In this document: one piece after another, positions 12,735-25,447 of the stretch
Numbering within the stretch: the first letter of the stretch is position 1
Layout of the letters: every line of letters starts with the position of its first letter
DNA from: Amoebophrya sp. A120
Taxonomy: Eukaryota > Protista > Dinoflagellata
Length of the DNA stretch: 64,000 nt
Reading direction: 5' to 3'
NCBI GenBank assembly: GCA_905178155.1
Contig: CAJINV010000002.1
Coordinates: 13,026,480-13,090,479, forward strand
Program-made: the position numbers and the translations under genes
Notes under the pieces: generated by a model
Database searches by the model: none
Seen by the model: the letters and a program-made list of their open reading frames with translations, nothing else
Told to the model about the DNA's origin: nothing

Positions 12735-15316
12735 ATGCGGCACATGAAGCAGCTTCCTCGAAGCGCGACAAGTGGCACTGCAGCAGCGCTAAAATTGCCG
12801 CATGATCCAGAATCTGGCGTAGTTGCAGACCTATGCCCGAGCGAGAACCACCCCGAGCGAGTGCGGTGGCACTACGGACATCAGACAGGCCGAGATCGCC
12901 TAAAACGAGTTCGCGAGGCGCTCTCGCATAGCAAGGAAGCCAGTCGGAAATCGATAGAACAACAACAAACCGCGCGCATGCATTCCGATCTCGCACAACC
13001 GGACTTCTACCGGCAGCGGATTCCGCAGCACGAGTTGCGTGTTTCTGCGAGTCTATTTTCGCGACATCGGATGAAGGATGAAAACACGAAAAGGGGCACT
13101 GCAGGTTTCAGCACCAACGCGCCAGTCTCGGGAGCAGCGAAGGAAAGTTTAACTTTTTTCCTCCACAACGCAAAGTATACGAGTTCTGCATGGGAGCAAA
13201 AGTGGCTGCGAGAAATCGCAGAGCTGGAAAGAATTCATGGAATTTGCGATGCCGTCCTTGCACCCGAGCACCGGCATGAGCTTGCGCATTTTCTTGTGAT
13301 GACGGGCTGCGAGTATGAGCGGCACCGTGAGGACACTTTTTTCACGACGAGCGAAGACGAGCATGTTGAGGCAACTGCAGTGTCATCCCTTTCGCGTGAG
13401 AACCAGCAGATCCTGGCTACAGATTCCGCCGCAGTTGTGGTGAATGCCGCAAAGAAAGTTGTGTTCTACCACGAGAATGTGGAGGAAAATGGGGAAGCCG
13501 CAGCATCCGAGCCTGTTGACAATGCAGAACTTAATTATACACACAATGCCATCACAGGTCTTTCGGTTTATCCTGGCGGGATAAAGACCAAGACGATCAA
13601 AAGCAGCACATTAGTCGACGGTTGGTGCTTTATCGAAGGAGCGCCTGCTGAGGAGAAGAAGATCAATCGAGGCACCACGGCTACGGATTCTGTAGTCGCA
13701 TCTGCTGCGACGGGTAGAAGTGATAAAAAAGGCCAAGAAGTCGTCCGACGACCCGGCTACTACTTCAATCCCTTCAGGTTTCGGTTTCGACGGAATCTTC
13801 CTCGAGAATTGAAAACACATCTGGCACGACGACAACGTCCTGCGGCTCGCCGCACCGTCCATCACATGCACTATGACAACGCCGTCTTTTCGCACTTCGA
13901 GTACACGTGCCAGAGCTGGGGCAAGGCGGGTTCGAGCCAGCCCGTCGGTTCGTACACTTTTGTCCGAAAAGAGCCCATCGAGCCACTGATCGGCCACTTG
14001 CGGCATCCATTGGCAGGTTGCGAAAGTCTTTTGCAAAATTTCGAAGATGGGAGTGAAACAGAAGCAGGCATAGATGCGGAGACTGGTAGTTACCAGAAAG
14101 GCGGAGCAGCCGGCATGGTCGAACCCGCTGCCAAACACACTGACATTTCTTCTACAAAAGGGGACTCTACTAGCACCTCCTTCCCCGAGGCGTTTTTCGT
14201 GCAGGATCCGAATTTTGTCTTGCCAGTTACTGCAGATTCCGTCCTGCTCCCGCGAAAAAACTCGTCATCGGCTGGTTTGAAACTGTACTTCGACTTTGGT
14301 GCTGGGCAGTACTCCGGCAACGTTTCTCGCACTTTCGCCGCGCTGGCGAGCACCTGGGAACGGAGCGGAAATTTTGAATTTGACGCAATGGAAGGTTGGG
14401 AGCCCGGCTACGGTGACAGCGACGCCACGTATGCCGCAGCGGCGAAAATTATAGAGCCGGAGTTGCATTCTGACCGCGAAAAAGCACCTCTCGCCTCATC
14501 GACTCGTTCTGTTCTTCCAGAATCGCACGAGATCGGCAGAATAAAAACGCAACGGGGCGGAGAAGGCGTGAAAGAAATAAACGGGAAGAAATCCGACAAA
14601 AAACCTTGGTTGCTTGCGGGAAAGATGAAAGAACTCTTTCGAGACGAATTCCTCTCAAGTCTACCACCGCACCTCCGCGATCGGATGGACAACGGCCGCA
14701 CTTCGGTTGTGCTACACCAGTACCCGATTGCGCAGTTTCCCGAGCGCAGACATCAGTGGCTCCCTTCCCTGTTGCAAGCCAGAAGGCAGCAGCATCTCTA
14801 CCGGGGAGGAGGCAGAAGGCAAGACTCCTCTGCTGGGCTAGAGAAGTGGCAACTGCGTGGCGGCCCGTCGAGCTCTAGTCGGGCCCCGTACACGCTCCTG
14901 AAACTCGATGTGGACGCGGCCGAAGTGGAGAATGCGTATCCTGTGCAAAAGTATCGTACTCGTATAAATGCAAATCTTGCATTACAAATCTTGTTCCCAA
15001 GGCAAATCCGCATTACAAATTTCATTTCTCATGCTGACGAGGAAATTTGTCATGCGATTTATACTAGTACGATGCTTTTGCATTTCATAATGCGGTAATA
15101 GACGCGATTTTGGACCACGATCCGCTCGCGGAGGGTCAACCAGCCACGCCGGTGCTAGCGCAGGAGCTGCTGTGGGAACACCACGTGAACAGCTACATGA
15201 TGAACCGGCACTGGCTCGAGACGGGCCGAAAATCAAAAGAAAACATCACTGATTCCTACAGGAAATTCTATCGCTTGAGAGCGGAGAAACTCATCCGGGC
15301 ACACTCGTGGACATGA
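12735..15316 (+). CDS. FkbM-like class I SAM-dependent methyltransferase-fold protein, two exons
   Basis: Motifs LYFDFGAG (motif I), MEGWEP, LLKLDVD and ELLWEHH. Exons join at the repeat AATGCG (14931-14936 / 15089-15094), giving EVENAVIDAILD. Confidence 0.65.
14937..15094 (+). mobile_element. 158-nt non-canonical intron with 6-bp direct repeat and 26-bp subterminal inverted repeat (introner-like)
   Basis: TGCAAAAGTATCGTACTCGTATAAAT (14944-14969) pairs 24/26 with 15057-15082. Removal restores the reading frame. Confidence 0.75.
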
Positions 15317-16391
15317 TCTTTTTCGAAGTTTCTGATGAACTTCGAAGCAGTGGACGCACGAGAAATAATGATTAATAAGCTGGTTGTTTGTGTTTGTCAA
15401 CGTGTTTGGCGTTGATTGCATTTTTGATTCCAACAAGTCGAAATCGGACATCTTTCAACTCGCATTCTTACTATACAGAACGTATTCCGTGTCGGCGTCA
15501 GAGCATTGTAGTTGTTCACGCGATGTTCACGCCTTATCTCCCTGGATCGGTCAGGTTTTCGGTCCATCGGTATCATGTTATATTATTTATCGCGAGAATA
15601 TAGGCGATCAGGTCCCCTTCGTCTTCCTTGCATCGTGCATGTCGCAATCTCGTCGGTAGTTTTTTTCAGGCTTAGAGTCGAACAGACACATTGCCATTTT
15701 TTTTCTGCAGGGGCAGGCGTTTTCATAATTTCTATAAGAGCGTTTTTTTTTTCCGTAGGGCCAGCAGCAAACGAACGAGGAAGTTACGGCGCATACGGTT
15801 ACATCAACAAGTATTGTATCTATTTGTGATTTGCATTTGAGCGATTGTTGTTTGAGGTTTTCCGCGAAACAACAGGAACAAGTAAGTAGAGGCGATTTAG
15901 ATTTAGACTTTCTCCCCTGCATACAAATCTATCTTGCTTACAAAGACATAGAAAAGGTCAAGGTGCACAACAAGATATTCCCTTTTTTTCCAAGAGAGGC
16001 AAAATTGTTGGTATCTTCTTTGAAAAAATGTGTTGAATGATCGGCATATCAAGGAACATGATCGGCATGGCGAAATGAAAGCTCTCGCAGAAACCACAGT
16101 ATGAGCAATGAGAGTGTAGTAGTTCTTAGATTGAATATCAATTTCGCACAACGAAGTCCTTCCCGGGAGCTAGTGAAGCACATCGTTGAGCTTTGTTTTC
16201 CCTCATGGAAGAACGACAGGTACTGACTGCATTCATATTGCGTGAGAAGAAATTGGAGCATCTACTTTTTGACTTCCTTTATCCCAACTACGTTCCTCGA
16301 CAACGAGATAATCCGTATTTCGCACTGTGTACACTCCTCCCACATAGAAAGCTGCAATTGGTATTTATTTCGTTGCTCCTCGGAATAAAGA

Positions 16392-19300
16392 ATGGCCCAA
16401 ATCGTCAATCTTTCGGTGGAGCCGCCTGCGTCCTCATCATGCCAGCAAAACTCAGGTAGTTCGCATGATGTGTGTCCAGGTGAAAACAATAACAAACCGC
16501 AATCCCATAAGGTATTGACAATTGTTGATCTTGGCGGAAATAGATTGAGCCACATATCCTTGGCACCACAGCAGAATGAATTGCTTTTCCGGGACGTGAA
16601 AACCCATCTCCTCACTTCGCTCAGTCAAATAAAGAGCTTACTTGGCATAGGAGCCGTGTTCAGCAAGCCGCTCGTCGAGAGAGTATGCACTTCACGTTGC
16701 GGAATCACCAAGACGGAAAAAATCCAAGCTCCAGCAAACGAGGATATAGGTCTACATCTCCTTGGCGCAGAGGGGCCAGGTGAGCTTGACGGAAAGATCG
16801 CCGGGTCCAGAGTCCAACAAATGCCGGATGACTCGGCAGCGGAATGTGCGGCAAGTGCATGCGGGTGTCCGTCTTCGGGCTTCGGTTCTTCCAGCAAAAA
16901 CGTGATGGCAATCGGGGCGCGCGCAGAGAGCGAATGCATTGTCTGGGATGGACGCTTTCCTATTCCAGTACGAGGAGATGATGTGCATGGGGTTGCGGAA
17001 CTCCAAGTTGTATTTGATGCCCGGGCGCAAGACGCACTTACACATGCGACGGAGGTCCTGCAGCTACAGAGCACGAATCTACAAGAGCAAGAAGAATTTT
17101 TGCACAGGGACGCGGACGAATCGTTTTCGTGGAACGTTCCTGCCGGTGCCATGGCTGCACACGGCGATGTCGAAGACGACACTTGGGACGACTATGATCT
17201 TCCATCTGATGCCGACGCTCAACATTTTGGCGGATGCTGTTGCAAACATGGGGGAACACGTTATGCAATGAGCGAGGGAACCTGCCTGATGAAAAAGATA
17301 CAAGAAATTTATCCGCAGGGTGCCAGCAACGACTTCGGCGAGTGTGACTTTGAATTTCGCGAAGCTTTGGTCAAACTTGCTGTCGGTTGTTCTGTCCGTT
17401 GGGAAACGGGGAATCCGCAAGTGATCGAGATGGGTGGCAGCAGCCGGCTTTTTCGGGCAAGTCGCGAGCTTAGCATGTTGGCATGCGGAATCAATGGGTT
17501 GGCGCTGCGATACGCGACATTCGAGCTACGCAAGGACCCTGAAGTCGTGAAGATTGCCGTTGCCACGGACTGGCGCTCGTTGCGATTTGGCAGTGTCGCA
17601 ATTCGGTCTCAGCTTGAACATGCAGACATAGCACTTTGCGCAGTAAAGCAAAACGGCTGGGCATACAAATACCTGCGGGGTGACCTCCGGCAGAGTCGTG
17701 AACTCGTTCAACTATCCGTTCAGCACAAACCGTGGTGCCTACGTTACGTCCCGCTAGAATACCGAGCTGACTCGAAAATCATCACGGACGCGGCGGCGAT
17801 TGATGGCGTTGCCGCGTTGAAGTTTTGCGACCCCGCGATCCAAACAAAAGCGCTACTGACCGTCGCGGTACAGTCAAACGGACTGGCGCTGAAATATTGC
17901 GAAGCTGAGATTTTGGACAAGTCAATTGTGAAAGTGGCGCTAAAACAAAATCCATACGCGCTCAGATTTGTGACTGGCGATGCGATGCGCAACGACCTCG
18001 ACCTGTTGCGTTCACTTTTTCGTGGCCCAAGTCCAATGCTGCGGACCGATTGGCATCTTCTTCCAGAACAGTGTCCGCCAGAACGCTTTGGAAGCGAGAT
18101 TTGCGAACGCCAACCTGGCAACGGCTACGGCATGAGCACGGATTACAGTGCTGTCCATGTTGGCTGCTCTCTGAAAGAGCACGAGGATCTTCTTTTTACG
18201 GACGGCGCGAGCGACTCTATGGTGCGCGACACGAGGAACAACCAGATTCATACGAAATCTCCTTGCGGTATCGCGACGCAGGTGCGACCTTGCTCTTGCT
18301 CGAGTTGCCTCTTGTCGCAACTCCGTTTTAACGACACCAGCCGCTCTAGCAGTTGCTACAAGCACAATCAAACAAGGCGTCGCCATACGTGCCTGATGCA
18401 GCGCTATATTCACGTTCCGGATTTCTGTGGAGATGGGGAACATGTATGCAATGCGCTTTGCCACGAGCTAGGGCACATCTATGTCGAATCTGAGCCGGAG
18501 CCCAACCAGTTTCTCGCGCAACATTTTGAGGACCAGCAGGAAGAGTCCTTTGGCTCGGTTCCGGAGGACCTCGGAGACCTGGTTCTTCGAGACTTCTGCA
18601 ACAAGGATGTCTGCGACGACGACGGTATTGTTCTTTCTTGCGTTCGTTTGGATGGGCTGTGCCTCGAGCACGCGAGTTCCCGCATCAGAGGCGATCGAGG
18701 GCTTGTCAAGGAGGCAGTCGCGCAGAATCACGACGCCCTGCTCTTCGCTGCGCAACATCTCCGTGAGGACCCGAGTTTCGTTGTGGAATTAATGGAAGAA
18801 GCCTGCGCAAATGTGTTCTGGAATGCCGACAAATTAGCAGTGCAGGACGTTCTGCTGTCGGAAAAAGGAGAGAGAAGCCTGTCCCTCCGAGCTCTGAAGG
18901 CGTATCCCGGTCTACTGGAGTTCGCCAGTGAGGACTTCAAGCGCGATCGGTCGAACGTTGCAGCGTTGCTAGCGATCGACGGCGCAGTCCTTCAGTTCGT
19001 GGACTCGTCAATGAAGCGCGACAAAGACCTTGTACGTGTTGCGCTGAACGCTGGTGGATTCCTTTGGCACGCCGACAAGTATCTCGAAAAAGACCCCGAT
19101 TATGCATGGCAGTATCTATTTTTCCCCTCTTTTCTTCTACGAATTGCACTTGGTTTGTTGAAGCACAACATCGCGTCGCGAAATTGAATCAAGAGAATGC
19201 TTGGCCTCCGTGCTGCGCTAAAAGAAATGACAGGTGAAACGCTGGTCTTCATTTGCAATGCAGATCGCTGGTCTTTGTGTGCGATTCGTTCCTAAAAAAA

Positions 19301-20379
19301 GGCTATTCCAGGCATGATTCGCAGCCTGTGAGGTGCGAACGCTTCGACCGCCCACGTTAGAAGCGCGAGCGCTTCGCTATGCCCGCAAGCAAAACAAGCA
19401 AGCACAATTTTGAATGGTGGGGTTAGATAGGTTTCTTTTTTTTGTTTTGCATAACTGCTTGTTGCGGGAACAAATCATATCACAAGCTGCAAAGCTTGCC
19501 GACCCTTTTACGCCTGTGCGGTGTGATGGCTGGATGGTCAAAAGGAACGAGTTGTACTTTCACCCGACCCCCTATTGGGAGCACGCCATGGCTAGTAAGG
19601 AAGACGCCTGCTACGATGATGTCCTCCTTCGTTCTGCCTTGCAACTCGGGCTTGCAAGCTACAAGGACGTTCCAGCAGAGCTAGCGCATAATCCGTCAGT
19701 CTTGCACGCTACACTGACAAAGCTGCGCCGTGCACGTGGACTTTTGCCCCTAGTCGAATACCCCCAGCACCTGGCTGATATTCCCTCTGAGATGCAGAGC
19801 GACCCTTTCGTGCAGTGTGAGTTCTATGTTGACGCCGTCACTCAACGTGGCCGGAATCTAGACCACGACACGATTTTGACCGGGCTGAGGACAACGCAAG
19901 CATTCTGTCTGACTTTTTTCCTGTACATGGAAACGGAGGATGAATCGTCCGTCTTTTTCTCATCATCTGCAGACGCAGAGAAGTATGCACTCGTAACTCT
20001 TCGTGACACCAGCTGGGGCGCGGAAGTATACTTCTTGTTGCCAAAGCTTGTCCGCGATTCAGCAGCAGTGCAGCATGCTTTTTTTCATCTTGTAGGTGAA
20101 CCACTTGAAGTCGAAAACATGCTCGGGTTTGCCCTCCACCACTGCACAGAGCTCGTTAGGAACAGGTGCAGCGTCGACAACGGAGCATGGTCCAAGTTCG
20201 AACGAAGCCGGAAAAGCTCGGTGCCAGAAGCCAGTTGGAAGACAACTGAGCTCGTGAGCTCAACGGAGAACTTTTTGCGACTGCGCTTGCCGGCTTCTCA
20301 CACGAATCCTGAAAAAGCTTGCCTTCTCAAAACGGCGGAGGCGCGTCGAGCCAGGGTGTTGGCGTCTCCATTTCCTTAG
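16392..20379 (+). CDS. DUF4116-repeat protein (at least two exons)
   Basis: Typical repeats such as GLALRYATFELRKDPEVVKIAV, AVKQNGWAYKYL, AVQSNGLALKYC, GLCLEHASSRIRGDRGLVKEAVAQN and GAVLQFVDSSMKRDKDLV. ORF 19414..20379 is the likely last exon. Confidence 0.8.
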
Positions 20380-21180
20380 GCACACGGACGACGGAAGAAG
20401 AAACGAGCAAGCACCGAATAACGGACGCAGTTCGGGCACAGACAGCCTTGTGCCGAAACTAAAGTCCAATCTGTTTCCACCAAGCTTTGACTTTGCGCTG
20501 CACGATAGAGGACAAGAACTCTGATTCAGACCAGCCTCTTACGGCATACGAACGAGATGAACTTTGATGATGATAGATTTCCATTCAGCGGATGGCAGCT
20601 TCCATAGTCGCAATTCTTGTATAATAGTTTCACTTCAACAGCATAGAGAACAAGACGGAGCTACGAACAAATTTGAACGCAAGTTGTGCACGTGGATAAT
20701 TCTGATGCGAGGGAGAAAACTGAAACGAAACGAACTGTCGAAATTGTTTCGCCTTTGCTCGATTTCCCATGTCGATTTCGTGGCGCGTCGGCTAGGTGCA
20801 TGCCCGAGGTGTGGCAGGCTTCACACCAGGAGCGCGTCCTCTGGTGGCAGGCATTTTTCGAGGAAAGGAAGCATCGAGAATGAATAATGTCGAACACCTC
20901 AGATCATGCTTGCTGCCGATGAATAGATCTAGGAGTTACAGTGCCCTTCTCTCTCGCTCTGGGTGAGTACGACTTACTTTGACACAGCATTTAGTGGGTC
21001 TCGACGCTGGTTGCGCACCGCCGGAAGCCTGTATGTAAATGAGATCATGCTACGTTCGAATCTTTGACAAGGTATTTTGGATCATCTTGAGTGATCTTCG
21101 GTGACTGGAGTCGCACGCTGCCCAGCAAACAAGTATCTATGAACCACAGGAAATTGTGTGCGCCCCCGCTGCCGTTGTAT

Positions 21181-22320
21181 GTAGCGCGGGCGGTCGCTCC
21201 GCGACCGCCGGAGAGGTATGGAGTAGACAAGAAAGCGATGGGCCCGATTTCCTACTCGGAAAGCTGCAGGCCTCACGGGGAAGGGGCAGGAGGCGATACG
21301 CGTACCCCAAGCGGGTTTGTCCCTGGGCGCCGGCGACCACTAGAGCCTCACGCCCGACGCCCCCGGGCCCACCTCGATGGAGGGGTGGCGACCGACGAGC
21401 CTTCTGGCCGGTTTGCAATTTGCGAGTACACCCCAAGGTGGGCGAGCTACTATGTGCATTTTGCTAGACACCCACGGGAAAGTGGCCGCGGCATAAGAGA
21501 CCCTACTTACGCGAAGGGACGGGCCAGCCATGCACAGCGGCCCACCCACCGCGGCGGGAGTGGGCGCCCGCGATGCGCATGACAGGCGAGCGGGGTTAGA
21601 GAAAAGAGGCGGCCTGCCCTTCCGAAAGGCAGGAATACCCGCACCCGGCTGGGGGCCGGCCCCGCGGGGCAAAGGAAGGCAACACCAGGCGCAGCGCCAT
21701 CCCTTGCTGCAGTCGCGCAGCCAGTATTACTCTGGCCCCCTGCCCCTGCGCCTCCGTTGGCAGCGCCAAGGGCCGCGCACGCAATTGCCATAACCCGCGC
21801 CGCGCCCCCACTGCCCCAAGGGCCAGCATTCGCCCCTCCTGGACCTCCTTCCCTTTTGCAAAGCGTCCCGCACCGCTCCCCAGACCCCACACCGCCCTCC
21901 GCCCGAGGGCACGGCGGCGGCCTGCCCGCTGCGAGTTTCTCCGCAAGGGGCGAGGGAAGCCGACAACACGCGCAAGCGGCGCGCCGCAGGCTCGCGCCGA
22001 GCCTTTTTTGCGGGACAAGTAAGAAGCGATCTGGGCGCGCTTGTTTCAGAGCACCGCGGCGCACACAGAGGCCTCGGCGTTCGCAGGGTCGCTCCGCCCT
22101 TTCGCTTCTCCCCAGTTTTCTACTACACGCGCTCTACTAGTATGCGTTCTACTAGTAGTCTGCACCTGTTTTACTAGTAGAACTTTTGCTCGCCTGTCCC
22201 GATAAACTTACTAGTAACGTTTTTTAAAAGTAAGAGTTTGCGGATTTTCCTTACTAGTAGAGATTTTACTAGTAGAAATCGGGCCGCGCGTCCATCGATT
22301 TTCTTGCCGTATAGTATATA
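21181..22320 (-). mobile_element. Non-autonomous Helitron-like element, copy A
   Basis: On the - strand it starts TATATACTATAC, carries clustered ACTAGT repeats near the 5' end (22134-22275) and a GC-rich body, and ends in the perfect hairpin GGCGGTCGC-GGA-GCGACCGCC (21189-21209) followed by CGCG-CTAC. It shares the 17-mer CGCGGAGCGACCGCCCG with the 3' end of copy B. Confidence 0.55.
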
Positions 22321-22858
22321 AGGAATTGTGGATCAAAGACGGAATCACAAGAGAGATCTCTACGTCTCCTGCTGCTCACAGTGATGTACTTATGTTCGCC
22401 TTGTAAGTATAGGCGTTTCGGATGACAAAAAAAAAACATATGATCAAAATGTTGCAATCACTCCATGGCGTTACAGGTCCCGCCGCTTTTCCACCTGCCT
22501 GGTTCTGTCATCTTCGTGATTCACTCTCACATTGACATTTATATATAGGGGTACAGAACGCTAGGTGGTGTAGTCTCGAAAAGTCTTCTTGAGGTGTTTG
22601 TGTATGTTTCTCCGCTCTTTATGAGTTTCTGACGGTACTAGATAAATTATTTTTTGTTTTTCATTTGTCCTCCTCAACCGACTACCCCAGACGTCAACCC
22701 GGAAGGCGCAGGACTGTCTACGTGTGTACTGGACGCAGCATATTTTTTGTCTGTTGCTATTTGTCGTGGTAGGTGGGGTGACAAAAAAAGTGCACATCTT
22801 ATCACAGATAAGGAGACTGACATCGATTGATAAACTTGTTTTCAAAAGCAAAACTACA

Positions 22859-24001
22859 ATGCCGATTCTCTGCAGTCGGAAGAAGGTTTTGGTAGCGATG
22901 TTGGTCTGTCTTCAGCAATTCTGTCACGCTGTTCAGCCTCACCAAAGAAGCCGGCTGCTTCGAAACAACTCGTTGCCACTTCAGCGAGCGGAGTGCTGCG
23001 CGGACGGCTCCGAGGATGAGACGTGGGGACCTCGCTGCGACTCCGACCGGGAAGAAGGTGCCGCGGAGGAATCGGAAAACGACGGGGGAATGGCGATGAA
23101 CGACCAAGACGCCGCCTCAGCCAGCAGCAGTCGGGTCGAAGATGACGTAACCGGTGGTGAAAACCTCCGTGCTGAACTGCAGCCATCAACGCGTTTCCAC
23201 GATATGGCAGCCCGGTGCTTTGCCGCACAGAATCTGGAGACGCCGGACGACGAAAAGTGCCGGCAGGATCGGCAGCTTGCACGCGCGGAGGAGCGAAAAA
23301 CCAGCGACGAGGAGCTCGAAAGAAAGCTCGATCTCGACCGCGCGAAATTTCGCGCGCTCCTTGCAGAAAACACAGCCACGCTTCAGCAAAAGGCACAGGA
23401 TGAGAAAAACGCACTTGACGCACGAGACAGGGAGCGGAACGCGCAACTCCAGAGAAAGCGCGAAAGGTACAATGAAGCAAGGGCACGTTTGAGCCAGAAA
23501 CGCGAGGAAAAGGACAAAGACGCGATCGAGGGCGACCCGGTTGTGGAAGCGGCGCGGAAGAAAAATGAGCAGCATAGTCTCTCAAGGGCCCAGGTGCGCA
23601 ACCAGTACACGGAAATGGCGAAAAATTGTCACGCGCGCAGAGAAGAAGAGAGCGCGAAACACGCGAACCGCGCCAGAGAGGCGCAGGAAGCTGCGGAGAA
23701 GTCCGCGCGCGACCTTGCACACGCACGCGGCGCCACTGAAAAGAAAGAACGCGAAACAGCTCAGGAGAACGAGGCTACTCAGAGGTCGAACAACGAAGTA
23801 GCAAAGCAGCTAAGAACAAAGCAGGAATGGAACCAAACTGCAAAGCAGCAAAAGCAAGCGTTGGAGAGAAAGGCAAACAAGCTCCAGCACGAGCGCGAAA
23901 AAACTTGTGCGGAGCTACCTCGCCTGTCACACGACAATAAGCGGATTCGGGATTCCACTAGGCGTCTCCGAAACGAGAAAAGTCAAGTGGCTGCGTCGTA
24001 G
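22859..24001 (+). CDS. Secreted or membrane-anchored coiled-coil protein (possibly a 5' exon of a longer gene)
   Basis: Leader MPILCSRKKVLVAMLVCLQQFCHA followed by a long E/K/R/Q/A-rich helical region. Confidence 0.65.
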   Translation: MPILCSRKKVLVAMLVCLQQFCHAVQPHQRSRLLRNNSLPLQRAECCADGSEDETWGPRCDSDREEGAAEESENDGGMAMNDQDAASASSSRVEDDVTGGENLRAELQPSTRFHDMAARCFAAQNLETPDDEKCRQDRQLARAEERKTSDEELERKLDLDRAKFRALLAENTATLQQKAQDEKNALDARDRERNAQLQRKRERYNEARARLSQKREEKDKDAIEGDPVVEAARKKNEQHSLSRAQVRNQYTEMAKNCHARREEESAKHANRAREAQEAAEKSARDLAHARGATEKKERETAQENEATQRSNNEVAKQLRTKQEWNQTAKQQKQALERKANKLQHEREKTCAELPRLSHDNKRIRDSTRRLRNEKSQVAAS

Positions 24002-25447
24002 AGTCACTACAGAACAAGGACGAGAGTTCTATCTACACCAATTTTCTCGCAACAATGCGCCTGCGAATCCGTTCGAGTGCGTCTTAATTTTTTATACTTA
24101 GCTATGATTCTGCCGCGAAGAAATTTGGAGACGTCCTCAGATACTGTGATGAAAGAAACAGTTTTTACTACGACACAAACGAAGTCGCTGTGCTTGGCTC
24201 TAGCAGGGTAGGCAGTGGAGAATATCAAAGAGCGTCGTGCCCCACAGGTTTGCCGTTTTCCTAGGCTGCTTTCAGCTACTTTTCAATTCGAGAAGACTCA
24301 ACCAGCAGTACACGTGACCCGTCGCCTGCGAGAGAAGCGGCTGCTGTGTTAGAAGTTAGTTGTGGTGGATAATTTTTCGAAAATCTTTATTTTTTGAATG
24401 CACTCTAGAGAAAATACTTACAAACACCGTCTTCTCAGCTTGGCAGCCATATCTTGCTTTAAGGTTTCACTTTTCATTAGGAAGTACATATTTTCCGGTA
24501 TGGCAGATCGTGAAAAATTGCAGTGTAAGATTTGGATACTTCGGCATTTTTCAGCACTATGTATCGACTCATCTGTATGCGTTCATCTGGACTCCAGCAG
24601 GGCACGCTCGATCATAGATACGTAAAGTTATGTTGTGTGTGGAAAATATACATCTCTGGCTGTTGGTGTGGAAATATTCATTTGAATTTTGGACAAAGAA
24701 AAAGCTCACTGATTTATTCTTGGCAACTTCGAAAGTTGGAAAATTTTCATAAGCTCGACAGCCACTACATGCCCAATGGGCAATATAAAAATTTCGCAGT
24801 GTGACAAAAACATGTTCCTCGCCCACCCAATTATGAACGTGCCCACGCGCGACGATGCTCTAGAGGTCTCCTCCTGTATGATTACTTGAAAAAATGTGCT
24901 CGGAATACATAGAATCAGGTAGTTGTAATTCCAGGTAGCTGTAGTTCCGTTCTTCGCTCAAGAAGCAGGTCCACAGCAAGTGCCAGTTCCTTTTTTCAGC
25001 GGGGCAAAGTCCCAACAACGGATTTTTATTGAAATAGCGCTAAGGGAAAAAAGGTAAGTAAACGCGTTTCCACCTTGTCGCATGAACACAAACAAACAAA
25101 CCATACATTTCTCATGTTCCTGGATAATAGTGGAAACATTTCCAATTCTTCGTTGAAAAGTGGCATTCCTTTTTTGATTTTTTTTTATCGCCAGACCCCT
25201 TGGAAGATCCAGAAAGTGAAATTCGGCCAAGAGACGAAGGCAAGAGTAGGTACTTATGAAGCGGATGCGCAGTAAAAGATAAACAAGAGTCACAGTATAT
25301 TAAGAACCAGAAATGATGACTGTATTGCAGAGCAAATAAAGGCTTCGATCATTTTTATTCACCTGGTAATGTGGAAGCCGGGACGCCACGTTGTTGGTTG
25401 TCCTTTTTACAAGATCCATACTCGCAACTATTCTACACAATGGTTGC

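Noticed and set aside
21091-22140. Several overlapping 80-185 aa ORFs on both strands
   Set aside because: These are Pro/Arg/Gly/Ala-rich products of a GC-rich repeat that is depleted in stop codons. No domains are recognisable.
24350-24835. AT-rich block as a possible MITE
   Set aside because: I could find no convincing TIR or TSD by eye.
25391-25447. N-terminal 19 codons of the 446-aa RNase H ORF
   Set aside because: They lie in the host flank and TSD, outside the element, so the start is fortuitous.
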